From positions 45,692 to 109,691 of the forward strand of contig FLMG01000484.1 in NCBI GenBank assembly GCA_900088475.1: a DNA stretch of 64,000 bases. Reading direction: 5' to 3'. Position numbers and translations under genes: made by a program. The notes below the pieces were generated by a model. It ran no database searches. It was given only the letters and a program-made list of their open reading frames with translations, and was not told the DNA's origin. Shown one piece after another: positions 34,101 to 47,356 of the stretch (position 1 is the first letter of the stretch; each line of letters begins with the position of its first letter). Source of the DNA: Hyphochytrium catenoides. Taxonomy: Eukaryota > Protista > Hyphochytriomycota.

Positions 34101-37100
34101 TTGCAGTTTTAGTTACTCTTGAACGGCTCTTAGAACATCACGATCCGAAGCTGCATGCTCATTTGGTTGAACTCAAAGTCTCCTCGCAGGTCAGTTATAG
34201 TGACTCTCCTGTCCGTTCCACGAGCGCTGAAGATATATGTCACAGGAGTACGGATGGTCGTTACTTCGCAGTGGCTTCACAGAAGTCCTTGGTCGAAGTG
34301 ACTGGTTAACGCTATGGGACCACCTGTTCACACGCTTCGTAAGTTCCGCTCTTCATTTTCACATGCAAAAAATCATGCCTCACAGCTTTTTGCAGAGAGA
34401 ACCAGATCTTATTCTCTTTGCCGTTGTGGCATATCTACGGACCTTCCGCTCCTCACTGCTGGAAGCAAAGTCCTACCAACACCTAGACGACTTTTTCCAC
34501 CGACAGAACGCTTTGGGGATAGACAAGCTAATTAGCATCATGCACAAGCTGAAGCAGGACACTCCTATTGACATGTTAATATCTACAACACCTGTTGACT
34601 TGAAGGTAGAAGAAGGCTGGTCCTTTGCTAAGTAGTGATCTGTTTTTTGTCTCTGTTAATGCTTAACCATCGTCTGTTTTCCGCTGCATAGCAGCCTTCC
34701 CCAGTCATAGGGTCAGCGGACGCAATTGCTACCGAGGATGGTAAGGAAGCACAGTTCTGTCTGTTTCTCCGCGTTGGCCTTACACCCATAACACCTCAGT
34801 GAATCTTATTACCTCTTTCTGGCCCCTCAAGAGCGGAGAATATCCTCCTTTCGACCGGTACCCGAAGTTCGTAGTTGACATCCAGATCGCAGTAAGAGAC
34901 TGAAAGAACGGAAAGGGGCTTCCTGTGTCTTAACAGCTCATATTCCATTACGCTTGTAGGAGAGAGAAAGAATGGCACAGGAGGAATCAGAAGTGAAGAA
35001 GCGTGGGCTGCTGGTACGTATAGCCAAGAATGGCAGCACTTGGTAGCAAAAGCGTTGACTAGACCTGGTTGAGCAGCTCCAGCAGCTGGAGGCCAAAGTC
35101 GCAAGGTTGGAGGAACAGGAGAAAGTCTGGAAAGAACAACAAAGAAAACTGGTGCAGGCAGAGGAGCACAGAAGAAAAGAAGCAGCTGAACAGGAGGCCC
35201 AGCGTCTTGAGGCCCTCCGACGCTTAGAGGAGAAGACTAGAAAGCGACGAATAGACCAGGTGCCCAAGTAGAAGCCTGGTTTGCAGTTTACAGTACGCCT
35301 TTGGTGCTCAAAATGTGGCTTCTCTCCGCAACAGCTCAAGAAGCTGGAAGAAACCGCAAAAGAAACTCTAGACCAGCAGCTAGAGTTGCGAACACTAGAG
35401 CTAGCACGATTGAAGGAGGATATCAATCGAAAGAAGGAAAAGGTTCAACCCAAATACCTCCTATCCTGTCACATATCTCCGGATACTCATCATCGTCTGC
35501 AGGAGGAGTTTGACATAAGGAATAAGGGAGAAGAAGAAGCTCTCCAGAAGCTTGAATTTGAGGTAAGAAACGCTGGCTAGAGCTCTCTTTCACAGGACAG
35601 TGTGCTGAGCACACCCTCCAGGTGCTACAAAGAGTGACAAAGATTCGAGAGGATCGGGATCTTGAGGACCAAATGCGCTCGCTCAGGGCAGAAGTCCAGG
35701 CTAGAGAACAAAAGATGGACCTAATGGACAAAATGGTGGGTGCTGTGGCTTATCGACAGGATATAGGAGACAGCAGCACCCTCATCGGACTCCTGCCCTC
35801 ATCTCAACCTCTTTCAAAAACTTAACTGAGCAGGAAAAGGAGAATTGGATGGTGGAGGATGAAGCCAGGAAGCTCAAATGGCAGGCAGAATTAGAGCTCC
35901 GCGAGAGAAAAGCCAAGGTTGTTAACGCGACGCTCATCTAGTGTTGGTCCTTTGGGCCTGCGCCTCTCCTGTCATGTTGCCCATCTTATCTTCTCCCATC
36001 TTGAAGCCGTCCTGCGAACAAATATTTGAACTTTTTGGTTTCTGCTAGGTGGAAGAAGACCAAAGAGCTCAGCGGGAAGTTCGCCTTCAGTTGGAGCTAA
36101 AAGAGATAGAGAAAGATCAACAGAAAGCTGCTCTTGCCCGTGAGCGCCGTCTGCGGCAAATCAAGGAGGCGAGTGGATGCGCATGCCAGCTTTTCTTTTC
36201 TCTCCCTAACGTCATAATCCTCCCAATGCCTTGTGTGCCTACAGGAGGAACAAATGAGAATAGCAAAGCAAGCAGATATAGAGAGAAAGCAACAGTCCTA
36301 CTTGCAAAGAGAAGAGGAGATCCTGATTCGCAAACTGCGCGCTGACGAGTTGAAGTGGAGAGAGGAACGGCTGGCCAAGAGGATGGAGATCCTAGAAGAG
36401 GCTCGGCGTCAGCAAGCTCTCGAGTCAGAGAAGCGCGAAACTCGCATGAAGGAGTTGGAGAAAAGACAGCGGCAGCTTCAAATAGAAGAGAAACTGGCCG
36501 GGCTCAGGGAGAAGGTAATAAGGTTGGGAAAGAAGGCGGACTTGCCTGTGATGTTAAAGGTTCAATAGCAGCTTACCGACCTCAATCCCTTCAGGAGGCT
36601 GCGGCCATCAGAAGCGAGGAAGCTGAGATTCAGAGCGTTCTCCTTCAGATCGAGGAGGCAAGAAAGAAGGCGAAAGGTGGGCACTTGACACAGATTGGTC
36701 TCAAGGGTGTACTGCCCTAACCTCCACCTGCCCATAGAGGATGAGCTAAAGAGGTTGCTTGAAGAACAAGAGATCAAGGAAAAGATGGCCTTTGAGCGAG
36801 TGCTTAAGGAGACAGAAGCTGAGGTATCGCCACGCCACTCTTGCGGGGCTTAACTTGTCGACTTTTAGTCTCTCTCTCTCTTCTTCGCTACCTCCTTTCT
36901 GAAGCCCTGCAATGCATTGACAGTAACCTTGACAGGTGGTCCACGAGGAAAGGACAAAGTGGGAGGCGAGAAAGAGCGAGCTTGAGCAACATAGCGAAAA
37001 GGTCAGCCTGTGCCCTCCGCTCAATATAAAACACGTAATGACTAGTGTACTGGGGCTTTTGTTGCAGGCACGACAAGACCTGCTCTATGAACATGAAGGA

Positions 37101-37487
37101 CGAATGGCAAAACGTGTTCTGGAAAGAGAGAAAGAACTAATGGCCAGGTTGATCCCAAACTATAGACTTTGTTTGAGCTCTTCCATGCTTATCTTGCTCG
37201 ACACTTATCTCAGGCTGGCTGCTGCAAAAAAGGATACGCGGTTGGATATGGCAGCGACTCACCTGGCCGGAATAGAACCTGAAACCCAAGCTACCACGGA
37301 GTTTGACCGAGTAGAGGAAGGGGAGGAGGCAGTAGAGGAAGCAGAGTCAGAACTGTATGACACCGTTCATGAGGATGAGATCACAATGCAGGCTAGGGAG
37401 CTCATCAGAAGGCACAAGGCTAGAATGGCAGTAGAACAAGCTTCCGCTGAGAGATCCAGTGGGGACTCAGGCCTCCTGTCCTCATAG
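31134..37487 (+). CDS. TBC1D31: TBC1 domain family member 31 (WD40, Rab-GAP TBC, long coiled coil), many exons
   Basis: MIQVLPSTDYILSQRGGKIWDQKPS N-terminus, WD40 region (LKGH...LTSSSDAVFLWD), YGEYPHKYRLLIWKFLLQLPENHEAF, LSALAHWQPVFGEIPYLPALAFPFVKLY, WLTLWDHLF, and an E/R/K-rich coiled-coil tail. Confidence 0.9.
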
Positions 37488-38412
37488 ACTGTTCATCTCT
37501 CGTCGCTGTTCCATATTGGCCCCAACTCTAATATAATCGTGGGCAAACATTAACTTAGCGCTGTCTTCAAAGGGCTCTCTCCTGAGACTTCACGGAGACT
37601 TAGACGAACTTAAAAGTGGCTCAACTCCTGAGTACTTTCTAAGCGTTCAGGCTCCTCCTCCAGCTATAGACCCCAGATCCTCTTTGGGACAGCTGATAGT
37701 CAGAAGGGTCTCGCCTAAGGCCACGGATTTCTTAACCTTCTTGCGCCAGCAATTGTTTCGGTGTGACCTTATCTTCCTCAGTTTCTAGTCTTATCGGAGA
37801 GCACCTCCCCCAAAGAGTCACTTCTTCATTGCCCTACCACTCGGAACTCAATATTCAGGCAGTCTCTTCTCTTGTTAAAGACCGCACAAAATGGTTTATA
37901 GTCAAGGATAAGTACACGATCTTCTCAGCGATGGTGGGATGAGTGAAAAGTGGAAGAAGGGGAGCTATCAAGGTTGAGAGACTTGCAAATTGGTCGAAAA
38001 GGCAGCCATGGTCCCTCTCTGGATGTCATATCAATTGCGTGCTGAAGAAGGCGCCAAGGTTTCGCGCTGATCCATTCCTTCCTTGACCTGCAGCGGAGGA
38101 AAGCACTGCGTTAGACTTTGTCTTGTCTTGGTTTTGAAGTGCAGCTTGCATATACAGCCCAAGTAACTGCGTTCTATGACTGGAGCTGAACGCCCAATAA
38201 TCCGGCGTGCCTTCTAGCAAGAGTCCTTAGTCAGCCTAAGTTCTCTGGAAGATAAATCGCTTCAATGCGAAAGACTACCGCGTTAGCAACAGACAACAGA
38301 TGTCGAGTCAAAGCTTTGTCTCCATTATTAGTACGCTTACATATTGACCAAGGAAGAGAGCAACAAGCAGTGATGGGGAAAGTATAGGTCCAGATTGTAA
38401 TTCTTTTAACTT

Positions 38413-41400
38413 TCAACACAGTGATTGAGCCTCTGAGGAGTTCGGCAAGCAGACGGAGCGAGAAGAGTGTAGAGCCACAAGAATCTCAGAGACTTCCCTC
38501 GGCGATAACTGGTGCGGAGGTCCGCTCACTCTAGAGATTACTCGAGTGTGTGACGGGGTAATAGGAGGAGAGAAGCCAGGGAAAGGGATTGGAGAAGTAA
38601 TAACATTGTGAGCCTGGACTGGAATGGGAACTAGCACTTTCCTCTTCTTGGGTGGCAAAGAAGGCGGCTGAAACACGATCTGTCCAAGTAGTGGGGCCGG
38701 CAGACGAACGCTATGAATGTTACAAGAATTTCCCCTGGGAACCTGACCCAGAGGCTTCACACTAACAGCTTTGCAGACCGTCGTCTTCTGTTTCTGCGCG
38801 GGCCGACCAGAGCCACGAACGGTAAAAGGTGCCATTACTGTCGTTACCCCAGCACTTTTCATAAAGGCTTTCGCCTGATGCTGTTCCACGCAACCATTTT
38901 GGTCTTCTCCGTCATCAAATCTCAGCGCTTTCCTAGTAAAGATAGAGGTTGACCGCTTCTGTTGTGCTTTGCTAGTAGCCTCAAGGACCAACTGGGGCGG
39001 CGCGGACTGCGGAGTAAACTCCATTTCGCTGCAACGGGAGCCGCAGCGGACTTCTGCCCCTATTTCCCTGAACGGGATGGCGGGCGCTGCTGGTGCCAGG
39101 GAACAGCAGCAAGGCTTCGGCGTGGCCGGCTGCAGGAGAGAACTGTGGGCCCTCTTCCTGCTGCCTAAAGATTCCTCAGGCGGAAGGCGCACAACCAGAG
39201 CGGTGGAAGCTGTAGTGCGCAACAACCTGCGCGCCGCCTCTTTGGCGTGCTCGTGACCAGCTCGAGACTCAGTCTCCGCTGTTGATGCCACTGGTCTTTC
39301 AGGTGGTGGAGACGACAGAATATGCTCCAAGGAGTGTCTGGCAGCGGATACTGCCATTCCCTCAGGGTCGTTGTTTGTAGAGTGAGGGTAACCTTTAAAC
39401 GACCCCGTCGATGGCACTGGGGCAGCAGGGGAGGATTGGCAAGACGTGTTGGAGAGTTTGTCCGTCACTTTTGTGGCCAACTCCGGGACCAAGAGTGGGC
39501 CTTCATCCAGTATGCCTTCATGTTCCCTCAAGAGCCGTCTCCCTGTTTGTCCAAGCAGCTCAATAATAGCCCCACGAGTCTGTTGTTGACTGGAGCAGTG
39601 ATGGCCTAGCACGGCGACGACAGCTTCAAGAATTTTTGAAATCATCGTTGCATTGTCGCTGCGGGCGGCGGGATCCCCTTGTTCACGGCCACCAGCTGCG
39701 GAATGTTGCGCTTCGTGCCAGTGAAGGGCCTCCGAGAACATCGCCAGGGCCGCCGGATGACTGACAAGCTCTGCACATCGACTGGTGGAGGAATGGGGTA
39801 TTAGTTGACAGAGTAGACGAAGGGCAGACGCACACTGAAGGCAAGAGATATACAGACGTTTCGGTAAGACTAGATAGGTTTGAGCTGCCTTACTACCTTA
39901 AGAAGAGCTCCACGAACTGCTTGAAAAGAACTAGGAAGTTGGCATCCGCGGGCTTATGATGCGCAGGGACAGGCACGGGATGGAAGTCCTGTGCTCTCTG
40001 GAGCTCTTTGGCTTGTGACCGCGGTGGTGACTGATTCGGCGGCCCCGACGTCTGCAGTGCACCGGCTAGTGCGAACCCTATTAGCAGTAGTGAAGAAGAT
40101 AGAAGAGGAGAGGAAAGTGTAGAAGAGTGAGCGCGGGGCGTTGTGACACAAAGAGCGCCAAGACAACCGAGGAAAGAGGAAGAGGCACCCACCGTGAAAA
40201 AAGAGCGAGCTGACTTGCAACCCCTCCCCCGCCCCCCACCATCCATTGCCTTCTTGTAGGCGAGCAGTAGAGCTTACCACTTGAGAATCGTGGCTCCTCG
40301 CGCCGACGCTGGGATGAGATGTTGTTGTTCATGTCCCTCGGAGTTCTACCGCCTTCTTGCTGCTGTAGGCCCTTGAACTGACGCCGTGATGCCAACGCAG
40401 CATGTGCAGAGCAAGAGACATGGTTGGATGCCAGTGCGGGTGTGTCCTTGGAGCCGGCTTCGTGTCTGTTGGTGGTGTTTGCTGTCAACGAACAGGGAGC
40501 ATGTCCATGCGGAGGAGAGGTCTCCATTGTGACCGGAAGCAGCCTTGACGCCTTTAGGACAGCAGGTAAATGACGTGAGCAAGAGTTAGTCCAAAGATAT
40601 CTCAGAAGTGATCATGCTGAGCGGACTTACAGGCAGGGCAGAAGAGGCAAGATGAGATACACCGTCTCGAATAATCGGGGGCGCATGGTGGGCAGCGGCT
40701 GCGAGTAGGAGTGCCATGCTTATGCTTCCTTGGCCCCTCTCTTCTTGAGCGCCGTAAAAAGATCCGATCGCCTTTGTGCGGTGCCCGTTGTCGCTTGAAA
40801 ACAGTCCAGGATTCGTAGGCAGTTGAGACCCAGAGCCTCCTGTCGCCGAAGTGGAAGAAGAAAGATGAGCAGGAAAGAGATGTCCAAGTAAGTGAATGGC
40901 TGGGAGAAGGGGAAGTGGAGGTTGCAAGAAGGGAAAATGGGGAAAGTGCATCGTAGCAAGAGGCAGGAGTGAAAGATGTCTACTAGCAAGGACTGCGCAC
41001 CTAGTGCTCGGCTATCAACTGCGCTGACGGGCCCTGGGGACCCCTGCTGCCCAACAGCTAACGAGCTGTGGGCAGTGCAGGCTCGGGACGAGCCGACGGC
41101 ATACTTCCTGCAGCCCTTCACTGCAGAGCAGCGTGGCTGGTGCTTGCTCCCGCCGTGCTTGAAACAGAAGCCGCTCTGCTTGAAGTCAAACTTCTCGCAG
41201 CCGGGCCGTCGGCATTTAGGGTAGAAGTCCCGGGCCCCGTGCTTCCAGCAAAGCCTATTAAGCGTTGAAGGATGTTGAAGACCGTAAGTTCGGGCAAAAG
41301 TGACGTATAGGACACTTCGCGCAGCAGAGCAGGTCAGAGCAAAACATTAGAGGATACTGAAGGCGAAGAAGGTCCTACCTTTCTCTGACAGAGCTCCCTC

Positions 41401-41428
41401 GGCATCCAGGGCGTGAACACTTTCCCAT
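38413..41428 (-). CDS. Triple zinc-finger (WRKY19-like CxxxGC...CxxH) putative transcription regulator, copy 1, 6 coding exons, ~780 aa
   Basis: Exon 1 (41379-41428) MGKCSRPGCRGSSVRE splices to RLCWKHGARDFYPKCRRPGCEKFDFKQSGFCFKHGGSKHQPRCSAVKGCRKYAVGSSRACTAH. Further GT-AG splices join in frame to the long ORF ending at 38413; NLS-like PKKRK. Confidence 0.75.
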
Positions 41429-44400
41429 GATGTTGATAACCTCTTTCCGCAAGATGGTAGGCCTTAGAGGTTGAATGGTTGCTACAGCCTCGGTCAGGCA
41501 GGCCACTGCGTCAGGAGAATGGGCGTAGTAGACCCAAGGTCAGGATACTAAGGAGGAAATAAGAGGTGCAAGCAGCTGAAAGCAGCCAGCGGTGGAGGTT
41601 GCTTGCTTCAGTTGTTGGGAAGGTAGGTCGAGGTTTAGGTTGTGGCCACGATCTTGGAAATTGGACAATGAGAGAAGAATGAGCAAGGAACTGAGGCATG
41701 AAAAACAAGATTTTGGGGAATATTTTGTCCACTTGCTGCCTCCACTCTCTTCCTGCTAATGATCCCTACTATCTCATCGCTACTCACCGGTAGGAAACGT
41801 TGGGCAGTAGTTGTAGGCTGAGCGACGTATCTCATCATCTGACAGTCAAGACGTTAGCCACGTGCAGTAGTGGGCTAGCAATTAGGCTTTCTTTTTACCA
41901 CCTGCTGGCATTCAGACTCTCTCTCTCTGATGGCTACGCATATCACGCGCCTTCTATTCCTCTTACAGTCACCAACAACACCTCCGGGCACAGTGCTTCA
42001 AATAAAGCCAGCAGCCCATGCTCTACATATTAAGAGCTGCAGCTGCTTGGTGCCCCGATCGCCGAAGCTTAGAGGCTGCATACAGCTGCGGTGATGAGTG
42101 CTGGTCTGCATGGTCTTCTGAAGCATCTGCTGGGCGGTGGGGGTTGGAAGAGCCAATAGAACAGCATGGCCGCTGAAGCCAAGATAGAAGTGTTGAGCAT
42201 ACCGAGCAGCACATACAAAAGTAGTAGTAGGTACCACGGCGGTCTGAGAAGTGGAAGGAGGCAATGGACGCGAGAAGGAGAAGAGAGAGCTGGAGCAGTG
42301 AGAAGTCTTCGCCTCCCACTGTCAGTGGCCAGAAACTGAGAACGTGCGGCCAAGAGGCAACATCGTCGCGGAGCCTACTTGTAATGTGCGGTGGATCATG
42401 GTGGCCAGGGACTTGCGGGGCAACATTCTAATGGTTGGCGGCTCATGGTCCATAGAGTGCTCGGCTGCGCCATCATCTAGACTCAATCAACATGACAGAA
42501 GTTGCCAAAACTCATAAGAAGTCTCACGACCCTGTTCCTCTTTATTTTCTCGTTCTCTTCTTCCCAACCCCTTATCATCCACCAGGTGTTTGTAGAGGCG
42601 TTCGGTCATTTCTTCTTGGCTTGCGCAAAGGTCTAACCGGTACGTGCTTTCTCCCCTATTTTTATCACATGTTTACATGGACCATTTATCATTCGCCCTT
42701 ACTTCCTGTGCTGAGTACCGAGTTAGTATGTCTTTTTCGAACAGGTGCTCGTCGTAGGGGCTAGTAGCAGGTTGGCTGCAGACCGCTCTCCGTCCTATGG
42801 CCTGGTAATGCTGCCTCTCTATTCTTCTCGTCTCGGCCTTATCTTTGCTAATGTTCCCATAACAGGAAGAGGGAAGACTTCCCATTTATTATTCGGAGGA
42901 ATTTGGCATCTCAACTTCGTAGCATGCACTCATGGTCTCTCAATCTCTTGTTTGCAGTCGGATTCCTTCTTGCTCCCTTTCTTCTTTATGCCAATATCCC
43001 CCTTTGGTACTTTGGAAGGTGGAGAGGGGCGGCGTTCCTTGCCTGTTTCCTAGGAGAGAACTTGTAGTTCTTCGTCCTTGTTACCAGTTCCTTCACTGCC
43101 CTTTGGCGGTCTCCATTCTTAGTGGCATCCTCCAACATTCTTTGCCTGTCTTCTAAGACTCTTTGCATGCCTTCAGCAGGTGCCCAATTGACCGCAATCC
43201 GATGTTGCCAGAACCCAATGTTGCCAACCAACGCGACATTTTATGAGGCGAACCAGTTCTCCATGGTGTCAACGTGGAGGGAGTGGACGGACTTTGCTAC
43301 CACTTTCGTGCAGGTCAAATCCTCTTTTTTTGTCCTCTATTATTTGGACACATAACAGGTCATTGCTACGCTGTGAACTTGAAGTGATCTTCTCCTTCTC
43401 TTGCTAGCCTCTAGTTCTACCACGCTGTAGAACTACTAGTCCATGCGATCAAGCATGGCCCGGGTGCTTGCATGATAGAGGATATATATTGTTTGGTGTC
43501 ACTCTACAGTACACAGGTGGGAAAGCTGGTAAATAAATCTTCTATGTCGCCATCAATGGATGCCTGTCCTTCTACTTTAACAGTTCGTAGAACTACCAAG
43601 CTTTCTATAAAAATATTGTGGAATCATGTGGTGGGTGGGCGCCTGAAGGTAAATCGGAGATTCAACTAGCTGCCAATATAGTGCGGTGGGTAGGGTCTGC
43701 AATGCCAAGCTTTGGTGATTGTACGAGGGGTTGTAGCACTGACTGTAAAGACAATTCTTCTGTGGCTACACGGGCCACTACGGTGGCTAAGGGTAGAACT
43801 ACTGTACCATAGAACAGAGGGGAGAGCGGGGGGGACGACCAAGGTCCAACAAAAAACAACTGAGAATCACAAAGGAGAGACAGAAGTGGTAACTACCGCC
43901 GTTTTCTCTGTAAAAACCGTCCTCTCTCCCAGACCTCCACTTTTCGCATAAACGCGCCATTCTTCTTTCTATAAAACACTGAAACAAACAGAGGAGGACA
44001 CAGAGTTGGTACACTTGTTTTGGAGGACCTCCTCCAACCCATCAGCTCTTGATAGCACAATTTCTTAGCAGGTTCCCCTCTGCCCGCATCAGCCTGTTGG
44101 CTTGCCTCACCGCTAGTCATCGCCGCAGAACCAAGGTGGTTGTTAGTCTTGGTACCGTTTGTCTCGGCACTCCTGGAGCTAGCTCTGCCATAAGCCAGGA
44201 ACGGGATAGGGTCGGCTCTCCTCCAGTGTCGTCTTCCAGGACAAGAACAAGAAGGGCGCCAAGCTCCAGAATGTGCGGGGTCCCCGACCCCAAGGAGGCG
44301 GAACAGAATGTAGGGCAAGACACAGTCAATCAGTAGAAGAATACATTCACCTGATAAAAGGACATCAGCCACGGTCTGCCTCTTTCATGCCATTTTTCGT

Positions 44401-47356
44401 TATGATGATGACCATATTTCGGTACGGCCAGGACACCTCTGTTGGTTGCATTGCCGCAGCTTTGCCCTCTTTCCTCCACAGTCCTGTCATCGTAAACAGA
44501 TTAGCCGGCAGACTTTGTGTGCGAGTGAGTTGGTATGCGTACAGAACGGAAGAGAGAAAGGCGAACCAAGTGGCGTGGTTACAGCCAGAGAATGAAGGAA
44601 CGAAGCGGCGGAGAGATGGCCTAAACCCACATCTCTCAGCAACATGCACTACGTCACACTCTTCACTCTTTCTGCGAACTCCTCTCCTTCCTGCTTCTTC
44701 AACAGCTGCCTCCATTTCCATTCAAAGACCAGCCTTGTCTTACCACTTCAATGATCGAAGGTCGATGCTGCACTGGATGGCCGGAGGGAGGACTTCCTTG
44801 CGCTGTTCTGCCCCAAAATAGCTTGAAGAAGAGGGTAGGGACGGAGGGCCTTGCTCTGACGACCGGCCTAAGAAGGGAGGCTAAGCCTCACAGCTTTGCT
44901 GCCCAAGCCTTTCCTTCTGCATAACGATGGCAAACTTTGGTGCACGGGCGGTTGATCTCACTCTTGCGGGATGAAGGGCTGAATGCTGGATGCGAAAGCT
45001 TCTCTTATTGGCCACTTCCAGCTGTTGTCATGCTCTATGTTACAGACGCTGCTGCTATCGCCCACCAGCTCTCAACTCGGCTGATTGCTCAGCTCCTTCT
45101 CTTTCCCTTCTGTCGATCTTCATGCAGCACTGCCACCAGCAGCACCATGAAACATCAGGCCGTGGACTGGCTTTGGGCATAGCGTCAGCTTCATTGACTG
45201 ACGTAAGCATTTGAAAGACGACGACTATGCTCGTCGAGAGGTGAGTAGAGCCCTGGTACTGCTTTCTGTCGATCGCCAATGGTGGTGCTGGCTCCTGCTT
45301 TCTTTTTCCTGCTGGTGGTACGTCATTTGCTGGCAGACTTCATACTAGCATGCGTGTGGCGGCCGTACTCTCTTCCCACATCTCACAACTAGGGAGTGGT
45401 AGATGTCTTGCAATCAGCAAACAAGGACAAGAGTCCGTCAATATGCCGTTGCTCTTCTGTCACCTTAAGCACCACTTGACGGCCTTCTGCTGTTGTTAGA
45501 GAGGACCCGAGATGATTGGATAACTGAGACGACGAGAAGCATAAAGAAACCCTCTCCTGGTGCAGAAGAAGGATGGAAAGAAGTAGGAGTGAGGAAGAAG
45601 GCTCAGCGGCGAGGGGGAATATGGTCATTGTGAAGTCATCATGCGCTAAAGGGATTATCAGACCTAACGAAGCAAGAGAAATAGGGCTTCTGGAAGCCGG
45701 CGGCAGTGCTAACGGGAAGAGTGAAGGAAACCACTGCTTTTCAAAGCCTAAATACTGACGCTGCAGGGACGGCATGCTAGCGGCCGTCGGGGGGCGGACA
45801 AACATAACACGCCTTTCGTTAGAATGGACGCCAACGGGCATTGAGCTCCAAAAGCGTGCACTAACAAACGGATGGATAAATTGTTCTTTACATGGCTTAT
45901 CCCATGAATTCGTCATTCGCCCATCTAAGTGCGGAAAGAGGGAGAAATTTCAAAGTGCTTGAGCGAGCAGCCTGGGGACGACGATACCTAATCATAGACC
46001 ATCAACAAACCTTGAAGGGCTTCCTCCAGAGTTGGTCAGCAGCTGTTCTCCAAGAGAGGAACCTTGTCTGGCCTCGCTTATATAACTTTCTACCTCTTTA
46101 TAGGAGACCGTCGTAGTAACAGAAGCATCATCAGGCAGAAGAGGTGGCGCTTTCGGACGGACCCACTGCTGTCTCTATCATTCCCCACGATAAATGTTGA
46201 TCGTCCCTATTTATTATTATTCAGCATCAGCTTGACAGATGGCGCAGTAGTAATCTTCTGCATGCTAATCTCTACCGATAAAAGAGCACTAGTCAGCATC
46301 ATGGGATCGAGTAGCAGCGGCCCATTCCTAAGTCATCATTAGGCTGCCAACTACTGCTTCTGTAGGCCCATAGAGGGACTTACTGCCTTCTACGGCTCCA
46401 TCGTGGGCATTAAGATCATGGGAGACCGATCTCACCATCAGGCGCGCATAGAATACTGATAGAGCTTGATGTTATTATAGCTAGCTGGAGTTAGTACCGC
46501 TTTTCCCCTTGTTTCTTAGTCGATTCATCATCGTTATCATCACCCTAGGAGGACTTGTGACTATCTCCGCGGGACCAGCAGCAGGCTTCTTGTGCTGACG
46601 TGGCGCCCCTGCCTACTACCTGGACATAGAGTTAGCTTCTTCAGGCGTCTCGGCAGAAAGACGGGATCTGTTCCTAGGTAGATGAACATCCGAAAAGGCC
46701 CTAAAGGAGCAAGAAGCTGATTGCGGGCGACTTCCGTGGTCTTAGTACATAACTACGATCAGCAGGTCAGGACTTGCCGTCCATTGTTGAAGAGAACCTC
46801 AGTGGCTTTTGGCCGAGAATCAGTCGCAGCCCCTCGCGCAATGACCGTACCTTTCCGTCCTCGCTTGTTCCGAGCTCTTCCTTTTTGACCACTACTCTAC
46901 TTTACCTCTCTACTTACAGAATGAGTTTAACATAGCCCTGACCGCACTGAAGTAATGGCGTCAAAGTCGCTCATCAATCATCATTCGTTAGAACAAAATA
47001 TCTCAGCGTCGTGCTCTCAGCTCAATGATTAGAGATTCAGTTCCTCCGAGTTCATGCGTCCTTCCCTGCTTGTATGTGGACGGAGCATGGGGAGGGTCTT
47101 CTGTATGGGTCTGCCCAGAATATGGGCATCCTATGACGGAAGCCCGGCACTACTATCCGTTGGGATTCAGGTCAGTCGAAGTTCACTAGAAGACAATATC
47201 GCTTCAGTGGCAGAGAGTGCTGCATGGGCAAGAGACGACAGAGGGTTACGAGTCAAAGCTATGTCTCCATTAATACGCTTACATATGACGACTTAACTGA
47301 AGAAAGGGGGCACATAGTGTTTGAGGGATACAACGAGGTGATTCCTTTCATCACCG

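Noticed and set aside
41500-47300. Numerous 60-180 aa ORFs in the upstream regions of the repeat units (also 50400-56100 and 59200-64000)
   Set aside because: Frames and stops are not conserved between homologous copies, which indicates non-coding DNA
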